Shown here: positions 18,588-34,115 of the stretch, in pieces | How the letters are laid out: every line of letters begins with the position of its first letter | How positions within the stretch are numbered: the first letter of the stretch is position 1 | Assembly (NCBI RefSeq): GCF_009914755.1 | Contig: NC_060947.1 | DNA length: 64,000 nt | Reading direction: 5' to 3' (one strand) | Source of the DNA: the human T2T-CHM13v2.0 reference genome, Homo sapiens | Position numbers and translations under genes: made by a program | Notes under the pieces: model-generated | The model's input: only the letters and a program-made list of their open reading frames with translations | The model's database searches: none | Told to the model about the DNA's origin: nothing

Positions 18588-19290
18588 TAGATGGCTCTTA
18601 TTATTTTGAGGTACGCTTCTTTGATGCCTATTTTGTTGAGGGTTTTTGTCATAAAGGTTTTTGTCATGTTGAATTTTATCAAAAGCTTTTTCACATCTAT
18701 TGAGACGGTCATGTAGTTTTTGTTTTTTATCCTGTTTATGTGGTGAATCACAATTATTGATTTGCATATGTTGAAACTATGTTGCATTCCAGGAATAAAG
18801 CTCACTTGATCTTGGTGAATTAACTTTTTAATATGCTGCTGGATTTGATTTGCTAGTATTTTGTTCAGAACTTTTGCATCCAAGTTCATCAGGGATACTG
18901 CTCTGATGTTTTCTTTTTACATTGCGTCTCCGCCAGATTTTGGCATCAGAATGATTCTGGCTTCATAGAATGGATTAGGGGTGAGTCCCTCCTCAATTTT
19001 TTGGAGTAGTTTTAATACGATGGGTGCCAGCTCTTCTCTGTATGTCTGGTAAAATTTGACTCTGAATCCATCTGGCCCAGAGCTTTTTTGATTGGTAGGT
19101 TTTTTGTTACTGATTCAATTTCAGACCCCTTTATCAGTCTCTTCCAAGTTTCAGTTTCTTCCTGGTTCAGTTTGGAAGATTGTGTATTTTCAGGAATTTA
19201 TCCATTTCTTCTAGATTATCTAGTTTGTATGCATAGAGGTGTTTCATAATAGTCTCTGAGGATTTTTGTTGTTTCTGTAAGTTGGCTGTA
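18588..19290 (-). mobile_element. Old host L1 ORF2 fragment 3
   Basis: 18587-18889 [22 protein letters not shown] (RT N-terminal region); continues fragment 2 across the TSD. Confidence 0.85.
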
Positions 19291-20345
19291 TGGCTACGAC
19301 CTCAAAAGTAATTGCAACAAAAATAAAAATTGACAGGTTGGACCTAATTAAATGAAATTGTTTATGCACAGCAAAAGAAACTATCAAGGGAGTAAACAGA
19401 TGCCCTACAGATAGGAGAAAATATTCACAAATGATGTATCTGACAAAAGCCTAATATCAAGAATCTATAGGGAACTTAAATCAACATACAGAAAACAAAT
19501 AACCCCATTAAAAAGTGGGCAAAGAACATGAACAGACACTTCTCAAGAGAAGATATTCAAGTGTTCAACAAACATGAACAAATGCTCATCATCACTAATC
19601 ATCAGAGAAATGGAAATCAAAATACAATGAGATATTATCTCACACTAGTCAGAACAGCTATTATTAAAAAGCTTAACTACAACAGATGTTGGTGAGGCTG
19701 CTGAGAAAGCGGAACACTTATACTTTGTTAATGGGAATGTAAATTAGCCATTGTGGAGAGCAGTTTGGAGATGTCTCAGGGAATTAAGAGTTAAGCTACC
19801 ATTCAATCCAGCAATTCTATTACTGGGTGTATAATCAAAGGAAAATAAGTTGACCTACAAAAAAGACACATATACATGTATGTTTATCACAGTGCTATTC
19901 ACAATAGCAAAGACATGAAATTAACCCAGATGCTTGTCAAGTCTGGATTGGATAAAGAAAATGTAGTATATATACATCATGGTATACTATGTAGCCATAA
20001 AAGAATGAAATTATGTCTTTTGCAGTAATATGGATCCAGTTGTAGGCCATTATCCTAAGTGAACTAATACAGGAAGAGAAAACCACATATTTCATATTCT
20101 CACTTTATAAGTGGTAGCTAAACTTTAAGTCTGCATGGACATAAACATGAAAACAATAGACACTAGGGAATACAAGAAGAGAATGGGAGGAAGGGGCCAA
20201 AGGCTAAAAAATTACCCATTGGGTACTATACTCACTATCTGGGAAAAGGATTCAATTATACTGTAAACCTCAATATTACACAATATACCTTTGTAAGAAA
20301 CCTGCATATGTAACCCCTGAACTTATAATAAAATTTGGAAAGAAA
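19291..20345 (+). mobile_element. Old L1 (L1PA16/L1PB-like) 3' end, sense orientation
   Basis: ORF2 3' motifs then 3'UTR ...gggtactatactcactatctggg...aaacctgcatatgtaacccctgaac and an A-rich end. Confidence 0.85.
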
Positions 20346-20509
20346 AGAGTCAAAAACAAAAATGCATTTATGTATTGTTTAATATTTAACATATGTAGTT
20401 ACCTGTACTCATGCTCATTACTTTTTTGTGTGTGGATTTGACTTATTGTCTAGGGTCCTTTTGTTTCCACCTGAAGGACTCCCTTTAGTATTTTTTATAA
20501 GACAGTTCT

Positions 20510-20780
20510 TATTTGTATATATTTATTTACATTTGTGATAGAGTCTCACTCTGTTGCCCAGGCTGGAGTGCAGTGGTGCCATCTCGGCTCAAGCCTCAAC
20601 CTCTCAAATAGTGGGGATTACAGGCTTCTGCCACCATGCCCAACTAATTTTTGTATTTTTAATAGAGATGGGGTTTTACCTTGTTGGCCAGGCTGGTCTC
20701 TAACTCCTGACCTCAAGTGGTCTGCTCACCTTGGCCTCCCAGATTGCTCAGATTACAGGCATGAGCCACCGTGCCTGGCC
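20510..20780 (-). mobile_element. AluS with ~40-bp internal deletion in the right arm
   Basis: Alu sequence; TSD AAGACAGTTCT at 20499-20509 and 20781-20791. Confidence 0.92.
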
Positions 20781-21154
20781 AAGACAGTTCTATCAGTGAC
20801 AATTTGTCTCAGTTTTTATCTGAGAATGTCTTTATTTTTCCTTCGTTCTTTACTTTCTCTTTCATTTTCTCCTTCATTATTGAAGGACAATTTTGCTGGG
20901 TATAGAATCATTGATAATATTCTGCTTTCTGCACTTTGAATATATCATTATGTAGTGTTTTGGTTTCCATGGTTTCTGATGACAAGTCTTTAATTGTATT
21001 GAAGAGTCCTTCTATATGATGAGTTGATTCTCTATTTATGCTTTCAAAATTCACTATTTGTCTTCCAAAAAATTGACTATGATGTTTCCAGCTGTGGACT
21101 TTTTTGTGCTTATCCTATCTGGAGTTCATTGAGCATCTTGGATGTGTACACTAA

Positions 21155-21569
<415 letters not shown>

Positions 21570-23147
21570 TAGGAACTTTCATCATGCATTTGTTGATACA
21601 ATTGATGGTATTCCACAGGTGTCTAAGGCTCTGTTCATTTCTCTTCCCTCTTTTTTCTTTATGTTTCTTAGACTGTATATTCTCAACTGTTCTGTCTTTG
21701 AGTTTTCCAATTCTTTCTTCTGCCAGTTAAATCTTCTGTTCAAACTCTAGTAATTTTTTCATTTTAGTTATTTTGCTTTTTAACTCCATAATTTCTCTTT
21801 AGTTCTTTTTTATGATTACAGTAGCTGATTTAAAGTCTTTATCTAGTAAATTCCACATGTGGGCCACCTCAGAAGCAGTTTCTTTTGATCTCTTTTTTAC
21901 TTGTGTATTGGCCATAATTTCCCATTTCTTCTAATTTATTTGGCATAATTTTTTGTTAATTACTGAACATTTTAAATAACATAATGTGGCAACTCTGATG
22001 ATCAGATTCCCTCTCTCTCCCAGGGCTTGTTGTTTCTGTTAGCTGTTGTTTTTGTTTCTTCTGCAGCTCCTGCACCTGTTTTAGTGATTTTTAGACTAAT
22101 TTATAAAGTCCATATTTTTTGTTTGTACTGCCATTGAAGTCTCTGCGCAGTTAAGTTAGTGATCAGCTAATGATGGACAATTATTTCCTTAAATCCTTTG
22201 AACTATTAAGTCTCTCAGCCTTTGCAAATGGCTCTGTGTGTGTGTCAGGGCATGCCTTCAATATCCCAGCAGGCAGTTTACATCTCTGCCTTAAATTTCA
22301 CTTTATCTTTGCATAGAGCCTCAAGGTTAGCCATAGGTAGGAGGTTAGGGCCTTCTCAGGTCTTTCCTGGACACAAACAGAGAAGTAGGCATATATGTGG
22401 TCTTTTAGAGTCCTAGAAATATGTTGGAGCTTTTCAAAGCCTACTATGAATATCTCATTCCCCAGATTTTTAAAAAAAATTTCGGTTAGTGTTTTGTTAG
22501 GTCCAACTGGTATTGATATCTTAGCATATGTGGTGTTAAGAAATGGTCACTGATTACTTTTGGTAAATGCTCTATAAAAAGGGCTCTTCCCAAAGAGTCA
22601 GCTCTGAGTCAGTACAAATAAAGATAAGCCCTGAGAGTATAGCTTTGTAGGGAAGTGCCTTTTATATCAAAAAGTAATGACAATCTGGGGATTACACTTT
22701 TGAGGAGCTCCAAACCTGTTCTTCTTCAGTGTGTGTTAGGCTGTTAATTTTCACAGATATGATATTGGGAGACTATTATAAAGTTTAACCCTGAACTTGG
22801 GAGGAGGATGGGAATAAGGCAGAGTAAATAATATCTCAAACCTTGCTGTTCAGACATATATTTAGCTATATTTCCACAATAATACTCCTTTGATTATTGC
22901 AAGTATTGGGTTATTTTCTGGCATTCTGAAAAAGTTGATTTTGACAAATTTTTGCATGGCTACTTGCTGCTTTATGAAGGAGTGGATTTTTGGAAGTCTT
23001 TATTATTATAAAATTGTTTCTTATTGTGATCTTTTAAACCAAAAAAAAAATTCTATTTTGGTTATATAATTTTCTCACTATCCATTTTTCAGTTCTGTTG
23101 TTTTCTATATTTGTGGTTTAAAGGTATTTGTTCTTTTAAACTGTTGA

Positions 23148-23449
<302 letters not shown>

Positions 23450-24909
23450 CATAATGCTAAATCTATGTTCTTCAGGGGCTTGACTCACCTTCCACCCATT
23501 GAGGCCTTTGTCCATCATTGCTGACACAGGGCGGCATTATGTGCAATTGGGACACAGTGTTTGTCCCAGTTCACAGATCTGTGGAGCATGGTGGCCAAAG
23601 GCCATCATTCTTTTTGCCTCATCCAACTTGCTGCTAAATTAGCCAGAACAGCATCAGATCCAGTGGGGTGAGAGGTGTCTTCTGTTTGTTCACAGTAAAG
23701 GAACACCCTTGCATAGGGTCCTGGGCCAAGTTGGTGAATGGCTGAGGGAAGGGATCAAAGTCTCAGTATGACAGGGTTCCTTGCTTTTCCTGCTCCCCAC
23801 CCGCAGATCACTGCTGGGCTTGAGGCCAGTATGGCTTCAGAGGTGTGAAGCAGGATCCACTTCTTACTGTGGTATCTACCAGAATTCAATGGTATCATTT
23901 TTATCTGTATCTATCACAGAATCTATCACACAGTTGGCACTCAATCAATGCTCATTGAGTATATTAATAAATAAATGAGAAAAAAATGAAGTGACACATA
24001 GTATGATTTGCACTGAAACCAGTCTCTGCTAGGAATGCTTCTTGATAGTAGGCTGTACAACTGTTCAATTGAGCAAGACTCAAAGACTATTGCACACAGT
24101 AATGCAACAAAATGAATGCCATATCTGGGTTTACACGTTCTTGTCACACCTTCCTTGTTTTGCATTGAAAGTTACAGATTAAAGTGCTTCGTGTTGCAAA
24201 AGCAGCAGAATTCCTCAACTAATGGGTGTGTTGTGAATGGGTTACAGGTATACTGAGATTTGTGTTATTGCAGTACTCAGAGGAGTAGGCCAGGACCTGA
24301 AGTGGCCAGAGTCCTTCGGGATAAAGTGACAAGAGTCCTAGAACCATTTACCCCTGATTTGAGAAATCCTTTTTGCTTGCCTCAGTGTGTCATATAAGCA
24401 TTATAATCATCATTATAATCATTCTCTACATGTGTCATGATGTGAAGTGTTTTATAAATCCTGGACCACTGTAATTTTGACTATGTTTGTCAACATTTTA
24501 ATATGTAATGTTCAATCAAGTCCTGTTCTGTGGGTCCCTAACTGCATTAGATGTTTTATACTCACTTATGAAATACATTAGAGAACTTTCCTGGGAATTT
24601 TATTTTGCTGTTTCATCTGTATTTTTCATTCAAGAAAATATGTGAAACTGTTTATAATCTTAGCGCAGGTTTCAACACTGAATAGTTACTCTCCCATTAG
24701 GAAACATTTTGCCATGGCTGAAATGCCTTTTCTTTAAAACAGGCTGGGAACCTGTAATTAAAATACAAGGTTACTCTCTTTTTAGAGTAAAACCATAACC
24801 ACTAGCATTTACTGCTGCTATAATTCAGAGAAGGAGAAATACTCATTTCTTTCTTGTTGTTAAGATGTTTGAGTCTAGAGTGAAATCTGTCACCTGTGAT
24901 AACTAGTTA

Positions 24910-25030
24910 ATCGATTTATTTATTTAAAAATATTCCTTAAGTGTCTCCTCTATGCAATGATATGTTTAGAGGGAGAATAAATGCATAAGGCATGGCTCCT
25001 GTTCTCAAGTTTATAGTCTATATGAAGAGG
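24910..25030 (-). mobile_element. L2 3' fragment (approximate)
   Basis: Degenerate match to the antisense L2 tail (tttattt...aagtgtctcctctatg...ctcctgttctcaag...atagtcta). Confidence 0.45.
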
Positions 25031-25067
25031 CAAGACTTAAACACATTAGAAAAGACAGTTTAAAATA

Positions 25068-25433
25068 CAGTTATGTGCTGCATAATGACGTTTCAGTCAG
25101 TGACAGACTGAATATATGATGGTGGTCCCATAAGATTATAATGGAGCTAAAAAGTTCCTATTGCCTATTGATGTCATTACCTTTTCTATGTTTAGATATG
25201 GTTATATATACATATGCCATTGTATTACACAATTATCTATACTATTGAGTGCATTCACATGCTGTACAGGTTTACAGCCTAGGAGCAACAGGCTATACCA
25301 TATAGCCTAGATGTGTAGGAGGCTATACCATCCAGGTTTGTGTAAGTATATTCTATGATGGTCTCACAATGATGAAATAACCTAACAATTCATTTCTCAG
25401 GATGTATCCTCATTGTTAAATGACCCATGCCTG
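25068..25433 (+). mobile_element. Tigger3-family (Golem) MITE, TcMar DNA transposon
   Basis: TIRs cagttatg...catgcctg flanked by TA; ggtggtcccataagattataat; homologous to the ends of 30278-31811. Confidence 0.88.
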
Positions 25434-25597
25434 TAATGTTAAAACACTGTGAATTATTTTCTATGGTGACATAAATATAACACCAATGGACTCTCACGGT
25501 GATTATAAGTGATAGGAGTTTATAGGAGCACCAGTATGTTATGTAACTTCCTGGAGTTGATGGGAGCTAAACTGGTCTTTGACGAAGGGGGGAAGAA

Positions 25598-25795
25598 AAA
25601 TAGTAATAGCAAAAACTTGCCTAGCAGCTACTCTGTGCCAGACACATTCTTCAGCATTTTATATATTAACTCATTTAATAATCTCAATTGCCCTATGAAG
25701 CAGCACACTTACTAACTTGCCCAAGATAATACAAGAAGTAAGTGGCAGATTGAAGCATGGGCAGTATGTATTTTAAACGCCATACTATACTACCC
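25598..25795 (-). mobile_element. MIR (approximate)
   Basis: ctactctgtgccagacac...aactcatttaat...aacttgcccaag...gtaagtggcag MIR core. Confidence 0.65.
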
Positions 25796-26568
25796 CTTGG
25801 TAGATACTCTACAATTGGAGAAGCACATGAACAAAGACACAGTAGAATGTACTAAGAACAATGGATAGACTAAAGAGGGGCTGAGTTTGATCAGAAAGGT
25901 GATATGCTCCAGGTGACTCTGCTCCTGCTTCTGTTGAGGTAAAGATTCTCACCTTTCCACCCACAATTAATCTCTATGCCCTGGGGTTGCCAATGTTCAG
26001 CAAGTCCCCAGGACTAAAGCTTATCAACACGGTTTTTTTCAATTATCCATTGTCTCTAACTCTGTAATTTTTTAGGTTAAAATGCAGTCTATTTAGATGT
26101 GTAGTGTTTGCCTTTCTCCATTGTGTGCCAGTGCTCAATTTAATGTTACATTGGCTTTTCAATTTAGTTGCTTAAACTATGGCTGCTGACAAATCCCTTA
26201 GTTTGGACCATGGCTGTCAAAGTCCTAATATAGTGATAGGTGGGCTAAGATTGAATCTTTGAGGGGCTTGCCTACTGGAAAAAGCCTCGGAGGTTTAATC
26301 TGGCTCCCAATTGGGATCCACTAGAAGTGTCTGCAGAAGAGAACACTGCAACAATAATGGTATTTCATGTGGCAATTGTGTTCAAGATGGATTAAATAAT
26401 AACATTCAATTTTCAGAAATGAGCAACTACAGATTTCACTTTGCTATGCTTGTTGCTGCTTTTAGGCAATGAAACTGTCTATTCAAAAAAAATTCCAAGG
26501 TTGTTTTTATTTTTTCTTTTAAACTTAGCTATATACATGTTTTATGGTCCTAACATTAAATTGAGCAC

Positions 26569-26686
26569 TTTTTTTTTTTTTTTTTTTTTGAAACAGAGTC
26601 TTGCTCTGTCACCCAGGCTGGAGTGCAGTGGCGCGATCTTGGCTCACTGCAACCTCTGCCTCCCAGGTTCAATCAATTCTCCTGCC
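26569..26686 (-). mobile_element. 5'-truncated Alu (3' ~95 bp of right arm plus tail)
   Basis: Poly-T plus Alu right-arm sequence; degraded TSD aaattgagcac / aaactgaggac. Confidence 0.88.
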
Positions 26687-27971
26687 AAACTGAGGACATT
26701 TTCTAGGCTATCTGCCACAAAGATAATTCTGTCTGTCTCTGACATTTTTAGGAGGTCTCAATCCATTGTATAGAATACACAAGATTTCAACTTTCGATGA
26801 AATATTTTAAATTTCAAGCTGTCATCAAAATTTGAGAGAGAAAAATGTTAGCAATTCCGCAGAGGAACTCTACATTTCATTAAGTTGACTTTAAGATGTT
26901 TGAATGACTTCCCATTATAAACTTCCTTTCAAGACAAGATGCTGTTCAAACTCTCCTGATATATTCGTTAATTGAATAAGTCTTTGGCAGTTTGTGTTTT
27001 TACCTTTCATTTTTTCTTTATTTTACTTTGCAAATCTAAGAAAACTAATTCTCATAACAATTATATTTTCCTTTAGGATGCTTGCTTCATATCTTCTCCA
27101 GTTAAAGTTAAGTGGAGAAATGTGTCTGGTCTTCTATAATTTCCTCAATGTCAAAACTAACAGCTGTAAGCACTTAACAACTAATCAGCTCAATTCAGCT
27201 CACCTGTGTGAATGATCCTTAACCATTACATATGCTTTGAGTCAAAGGTTTTTTTTCTCTTTTTTTTGTAAAAGATTTAAAGTTAAAGGGAAAGGAACTA
27301 ATGAACTTGCAAGATTACTTTAAGCTATTTTGAGTCTGATCCAAAGTACAAGATGTTTTAAAAGATACATTTACCTTTACATATATTTTTAACACCAAAT
27401 GGCCACCATATAATTGGCAATAAAAGTCACAAACAACAAATATGTCACTGATGACCAGAACGTTAGATATGGATCCCAAAGGATAAATTGATAAGATATT
27501 AGCTAACAGATATGAAAACTCTGGGTGTAAGCCTTTTAAAAATTACAACACTTTATTAAAATTATTCAATATGGCAGCAATTATCATATAGCTAAAGTAA
27601 ATACAAAGTTTTTTAGAAGAAGAGCAAGTCTTTAATATTCACAATGATGCTAATATTGTGTAAGGCCTGGATATAAAAATTGAGGAGATTACAGAACAAA
27701 ACAGTTTCTTTATCATTACTATTTTTAAAAGAAGCATGACTTTTCAAGGCATCAGGCAGCTAGGGAGGTGAGGTGGAAAAAGTATGATTTGCTTCTATTA
27801 TTACTTGGATCCTTTAATATTAATCCACACCACTTCTGTGTAGAAGCTTACATCTAATAAAAATATCCTCACTCAGCCAATAAAAGCTTGATTTTCCAAG
27901 AGCAATGAGGAGCTATCAACTATGAAATACATATTACATATAGTCATCTAGTTGTAATAAGAATGTACTCA

Positions 27972-28188
27972 TTTTTTTAAAAAACTTTTAAGTTCAGGGG
28001 GTACATTTGCAGGTTTGTTACATAGGTAAATGTGTGTCATGGGGGATTCGTTGAACAGATTATTTTGTCACTCAGGTGATAAAAGTACTAGTATCCATTA
28101 GTTATTTTTCCTGATCCTCTCTGTCCTCCCACCCTCTACCTTCAATAGGCCCCAGCGTGTGTTGTTCCCCTCTACGTGTCCGTGTGTT
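27972..28188 (-). mobile_element. Short L1PA13-like 3'UTR fragment
   Basis: taagttcagggggtacatttgcaggtttgttacataggtaaa...cctgatcctctc. Confidence 0.85.
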
Positions 28189-29234
28189 ACTTTCAAAACA
28201 CCTTTACAATAGAAGGGCTTCAGCCTTTTCCCATACATTCATTGATTCTCCTTTATAATAGCCATACTTAAGTGAGCCCAATTGTTTGCTCACTAACATC
28301 AAAGAAGAAAGCCTAGGGTGCTTTACCCAGAGTTAGTAAGAGTCAGGAGTAGACTGCCTGGCTTGATCTAAGGTTCAGGTGCTCCCAATTAAATTTAAGG
28401 ACCAGAACTGATGCAAGGTTAATGACATCTCTGCCTTGGTCAAAAAGAGCTCTATTCTTTCACCTCTTCTGAATTTTCAGATTGAATTTTGATAGGCATA
28501 AATGTTGGGTACTTTTTAGAACCAAAGAAAAAATATCTTCAGTAAGACAGTTGATTGAATTTCAAAGAACTACAGGATATCAGAGTTATAATGGCTCTTT
28601 ATATGTTATTTAGCAAAGTCCATCCATCATTGTACAGATGGGAAACTGAGGTAAACTGTGGTGGACAGAATAACCCAAGGTTTCTTGGAATAGCTTTCTG
28701 CTGAATGCCACTGGAGATTTTCCAGGAATGCCGTCTTCCTAGGTCTATAATACAGTGCCTTTCCCAGCGAATTACCTACAAAATTATGACATTTCTCATA
28801 CTACTTGGCTGCTGAATTAATTTGAGGATTCTGTAAAAGGCATTTTGTCTTCAGAAAAAAAAAAGACTCAAACAAATGCTATGTTCAGGCACACTAGCTT
28901 TTGGCATCAATTCAGCACCTGTTTAACTGTGGTGTTCATTCCAAGCATTTGATTTTCAAAAAGATAAAAAGTGAAAGACTCCTATTGCCTTAGCAACCAT
29001 ATTAACCAAATGAACTGCTCACTCTCTCTTGACCTTGCTCTTCAAATCATTCCAATATAGGAAAATATATAACTGCTTCATGATATTTTCCAGAAGGCAG
29101 TTTCTTAGATTTGCTATTTAAGAAAATGTTACATGGCATAATGTATTTATGGAATTTTACCGAAGTGTTTGAAATATCATTGTTACCAATGGACAAAAGT
29201 AAAGGTTTTCCATAACAAGAATAAAGTGGCTAAA

Positions 29235-29445
29235 GCTTTTGTATTATAGCCAGAAGAACTGGGCTCAAGCATGGCCCTGCTTTAACAAACAATGAGCAAG
29301 TCACTTAACTAAGATTTTCAGTTTCCTCAGCTGTAAAATAGGACAGTAACTATTTCAGAGGGAGTTCAGCAGGATTATATGAGATAATATACATCAATGT
29401 GCTTACTAAACTATAAAAAACTGTAGAAATGTAATGTATTAATAT
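29235..29445 (+). mobile_element. MIR (approximate)
   Basis: gagcaagtcacttaact...cagtttcctcagctgtaaaatagg. Confidence 0.6.
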
Positions 29446-29458
29446 TACTCAGCATCTT

Positions 29459-29896
29459 CTAAAAATGTTTTAATTTTAATTTTTGTGGGTAGTAATACAT
29501 AGTAGGTGTATATACTTACAGGGTACATGAGATGTTTTGATACAGGCATGTAATGAAAAATAATCACATCGTGGCGAGTAGGGTATTCATCCCCTCAAGC
29601 ATTTATCTTTTATGTTACAAACAATCCAATTACACAATGGAGTACTATTCCGCCATAAAAAAATCCTGTCATTTGCAACAGCATGTACGGAACTGGAGAT
29701 CATTATGTTAAGTGGAATAAACCAGGCACAGAAAGACAAACACCACATGTTCTCACCTATTTGTGAGATCTAAAAATCAAAACACAAAACAATTGAACTC
29801 ATGTACACAGAGAGTAGAAGGATGGCTATCAGGGGCTAAGAAGGGTAGTGGGGAGGCTGGCAAGGGAAGTAGGGATGGTTAATGGGTTCAAAAAAT
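29459..29896 (-). mobile_element. L1MA2/3-like 3' fragment with 5' inversion (minus part 29459-29635, plus part 29631-29896)
   Basis: Antisense 3'UTR end joined to sense upstream segment via TACAC microhomology; TSD AGCATCTT at 29451-29458 and 29897-29904. Confidence 0.88.
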
Positions 29897-30238
29897 AGCA
29901 TCTTTATTCTTAAGGCAATGATTTTCAATAATTCAAAATGATAAGAAGACAAATGCATATGATTACATCAGTTGATTTAACTCTCTTTCAGCAGATAGAT
30001 TGTGACCAAGTATATTGCTCAAAAAACGTCATGGGTCCACTGACTTATTAAGAATTTACATGGGCTTATTAAGCAGAAGTTTAATTGCATATGACCTATT
30101 TACGTTTTTATACATAAAACCATTTTCTTCATTTTGGGAAAGAAAGTATATGCTTTGCGACTCAGTTGGCAAAGTCGTATTTATATATTTCTTATGTTTC
30201 AATGATGCCTTCATACTCATCCTCATCTCTGTAAGAGA

Positions 30239-30265
30239 ACACACACACACACACACACACACACA
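30239..30265. repeat. (CA)n microsatellite
   Basis: About 13 AC units. Confidence 0.95.
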
Positions 30266-30277
30266 TTCGTACATATA

Positions 30278-31811
<1,534 letters not shown>

Positions 31812-32110
31812 TATATGTATATATATTCTTTCATAAATCACTTTGTCAGTAACCAAGAAGTATCCTGATGTATGTGTGTACCACTCCACAGAGATAATGG
31901 TACTCCCAGACTTCAGTGGCAGAATCCATCCTATCACTTAACACAATCCTGGTATACTTTCTTATGGCGGAAAATTTTTTTCTATATAAACAGCTATTGG
32001 ATATACCATCTTAACAAGCTTGTTGGGACTGTCCAAGACATGTGAACAGTGAGTTGTATATATGCTCCAGGGCTTCGTATGTGGAAGGTGGAATTAAAAA
32101 TGAAAAAACA

Positions 32111-32496
<386 letters not shown>

Positions 32497-33587
32497 TCAC
32501 CCAGCTTACTGGGATGTCATACCTAACCTTGGTCTTAGTATATTCAGGTATATTCAGGGCTAACTTTCTCCCTTACTCATTCAAAATGTGCTTGGCTAAT
32601 GCCTCATACTTCTAGGTAGTTTCTTATTTATAGCTCTTGTTAAGATCTGGTTCACCATAGGGTTTTTTTTTTTTTTTTTAATTTTAACCACTGCACTAAA
32701 GCAAAGGAGTAGGAATTTCAAGCACTGTGGCAGGCCAATCAGTTCTGGGGATTAAATAAGGGGTAAGGTAGTGGTCATATCTTTGAGCAGACACAATTGC
32801 AGATTGGCATTCTTATAGTATGTCCTACTATATCTTATGTGGTCAACCATTTTGCCTACATAGGAAATTAAGCAGGTACTTCACCACTGACCACACTGCT
32901 TAGCCAAGAGTGGTGAATTAAACTCCATGTGGGTCTTAGACATGTTTGACAGGCAGAATGTACTTCTTTCATTTCTTGTTTCATTTTTTGATTTGTCACT
33001 GTACCAGGTACAGGCTGCTCAGAGGGCACTGTTTGTTGTTTGTCTCAAGATCTGTGGGGGAAACTGCTTTCTTGGAACTTCTTCAAGGGCCTAAGACCTT
33101 ACAATCTTTCCCATGACATCTGTCATCAGGACTTCTTGCAGAACTAGAAAGGTGATAAGCCTTGACTTCAGTGCCCCATTTCATTTATCTATTCATTTAC
33201 TTAGAGTACGTACTCTGTGGCAAGCACTGATCTAGGGGTTGGGATACATAGATGAAAAAACAGAAAATCTTTCTTATCAATATATTCCTGCTTGCCCCCA
33301 ACAAATCAAACTCATTCTTTGACACATGATGACTAAACTGTCAGCTCTTAGAAAGCTGTATATGTATCTTATTTTTATTTTAATACCCTAAATACCTAGA
33401 ATGCCTGGTGCCAAGTAAGTGCTCAGTAAATGTTTAGCAAATGAAGAAAGGAATTGAAAAAAGTATTTGAAACTCACAAATGGAGATGGCAGTAACTGAT
33501 AAGGATCATGTAATATACATTTCAAAGATATTTGCAAATTTAGGGATAGGGCACGAAGATTCACAAATTTGTAGAGGAATGTATTGG

Positions 33588-33860
33588 TGGCAGTAGAGAA
33601 TAGTGCTTAAAAATACAGACTTTAAGTCTGTCCTGGTTTCAGGTCAGACCTGATTTCAAATTACCAGTTCCCTTCCATTACCTAACTGTGTGACCCTGAG
33701 CAAGTTACCTAAACTCCCTGTGTCTTACTTTTCTCATATGTAAAATGGGCCTAGTAGAACAAATCTCATAGAATTGTTGGGAGGAATATATGTGATGAGA
33801 TATATAAAGAACTTAGAACAATGCCTGGCTCACAGAAAACATTTAGTATTTATTAACATT
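33588..33860 (+). mobile_element. MIR (approximate)
   Basis: ctgtgtgaccctgagcaagttacctaaactccctgtg...tgtaaaatggg...cttagaacaatgcctggc. Confidence 0.75.
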
Positions 33861-34024
33861 AAATATATTTTTTAAAGTGATACCTCAAGTAGCTGGTCTG
33901 TGCTCCTTTGGAGAAGGAAACTGCTGGACTCTCAGAATGGTCCTGGACTTCATCTATCCAGAAGAAGCTTGCCCACTCTAACCTGATAACTATTTTCTCT
34001 GAAAGGTTCTTTGAAGCCACCAGC

Positions 34025-34115
34025 TTTTTTTTTTCTCCTTCCTTCTTTCCTTCCTTCCTTCCTTCCTTCCTTTCTTTTTCCTCTCTCTCTCTCTTTCTTT
34101 CTCTTTTCTCTTTTT
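34025..34115. repeat. Polypyrimidine tract (TTCC)n/(TC)n
   Basis: About 90 nt of essentially only C/T. Confidence 0.9.
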
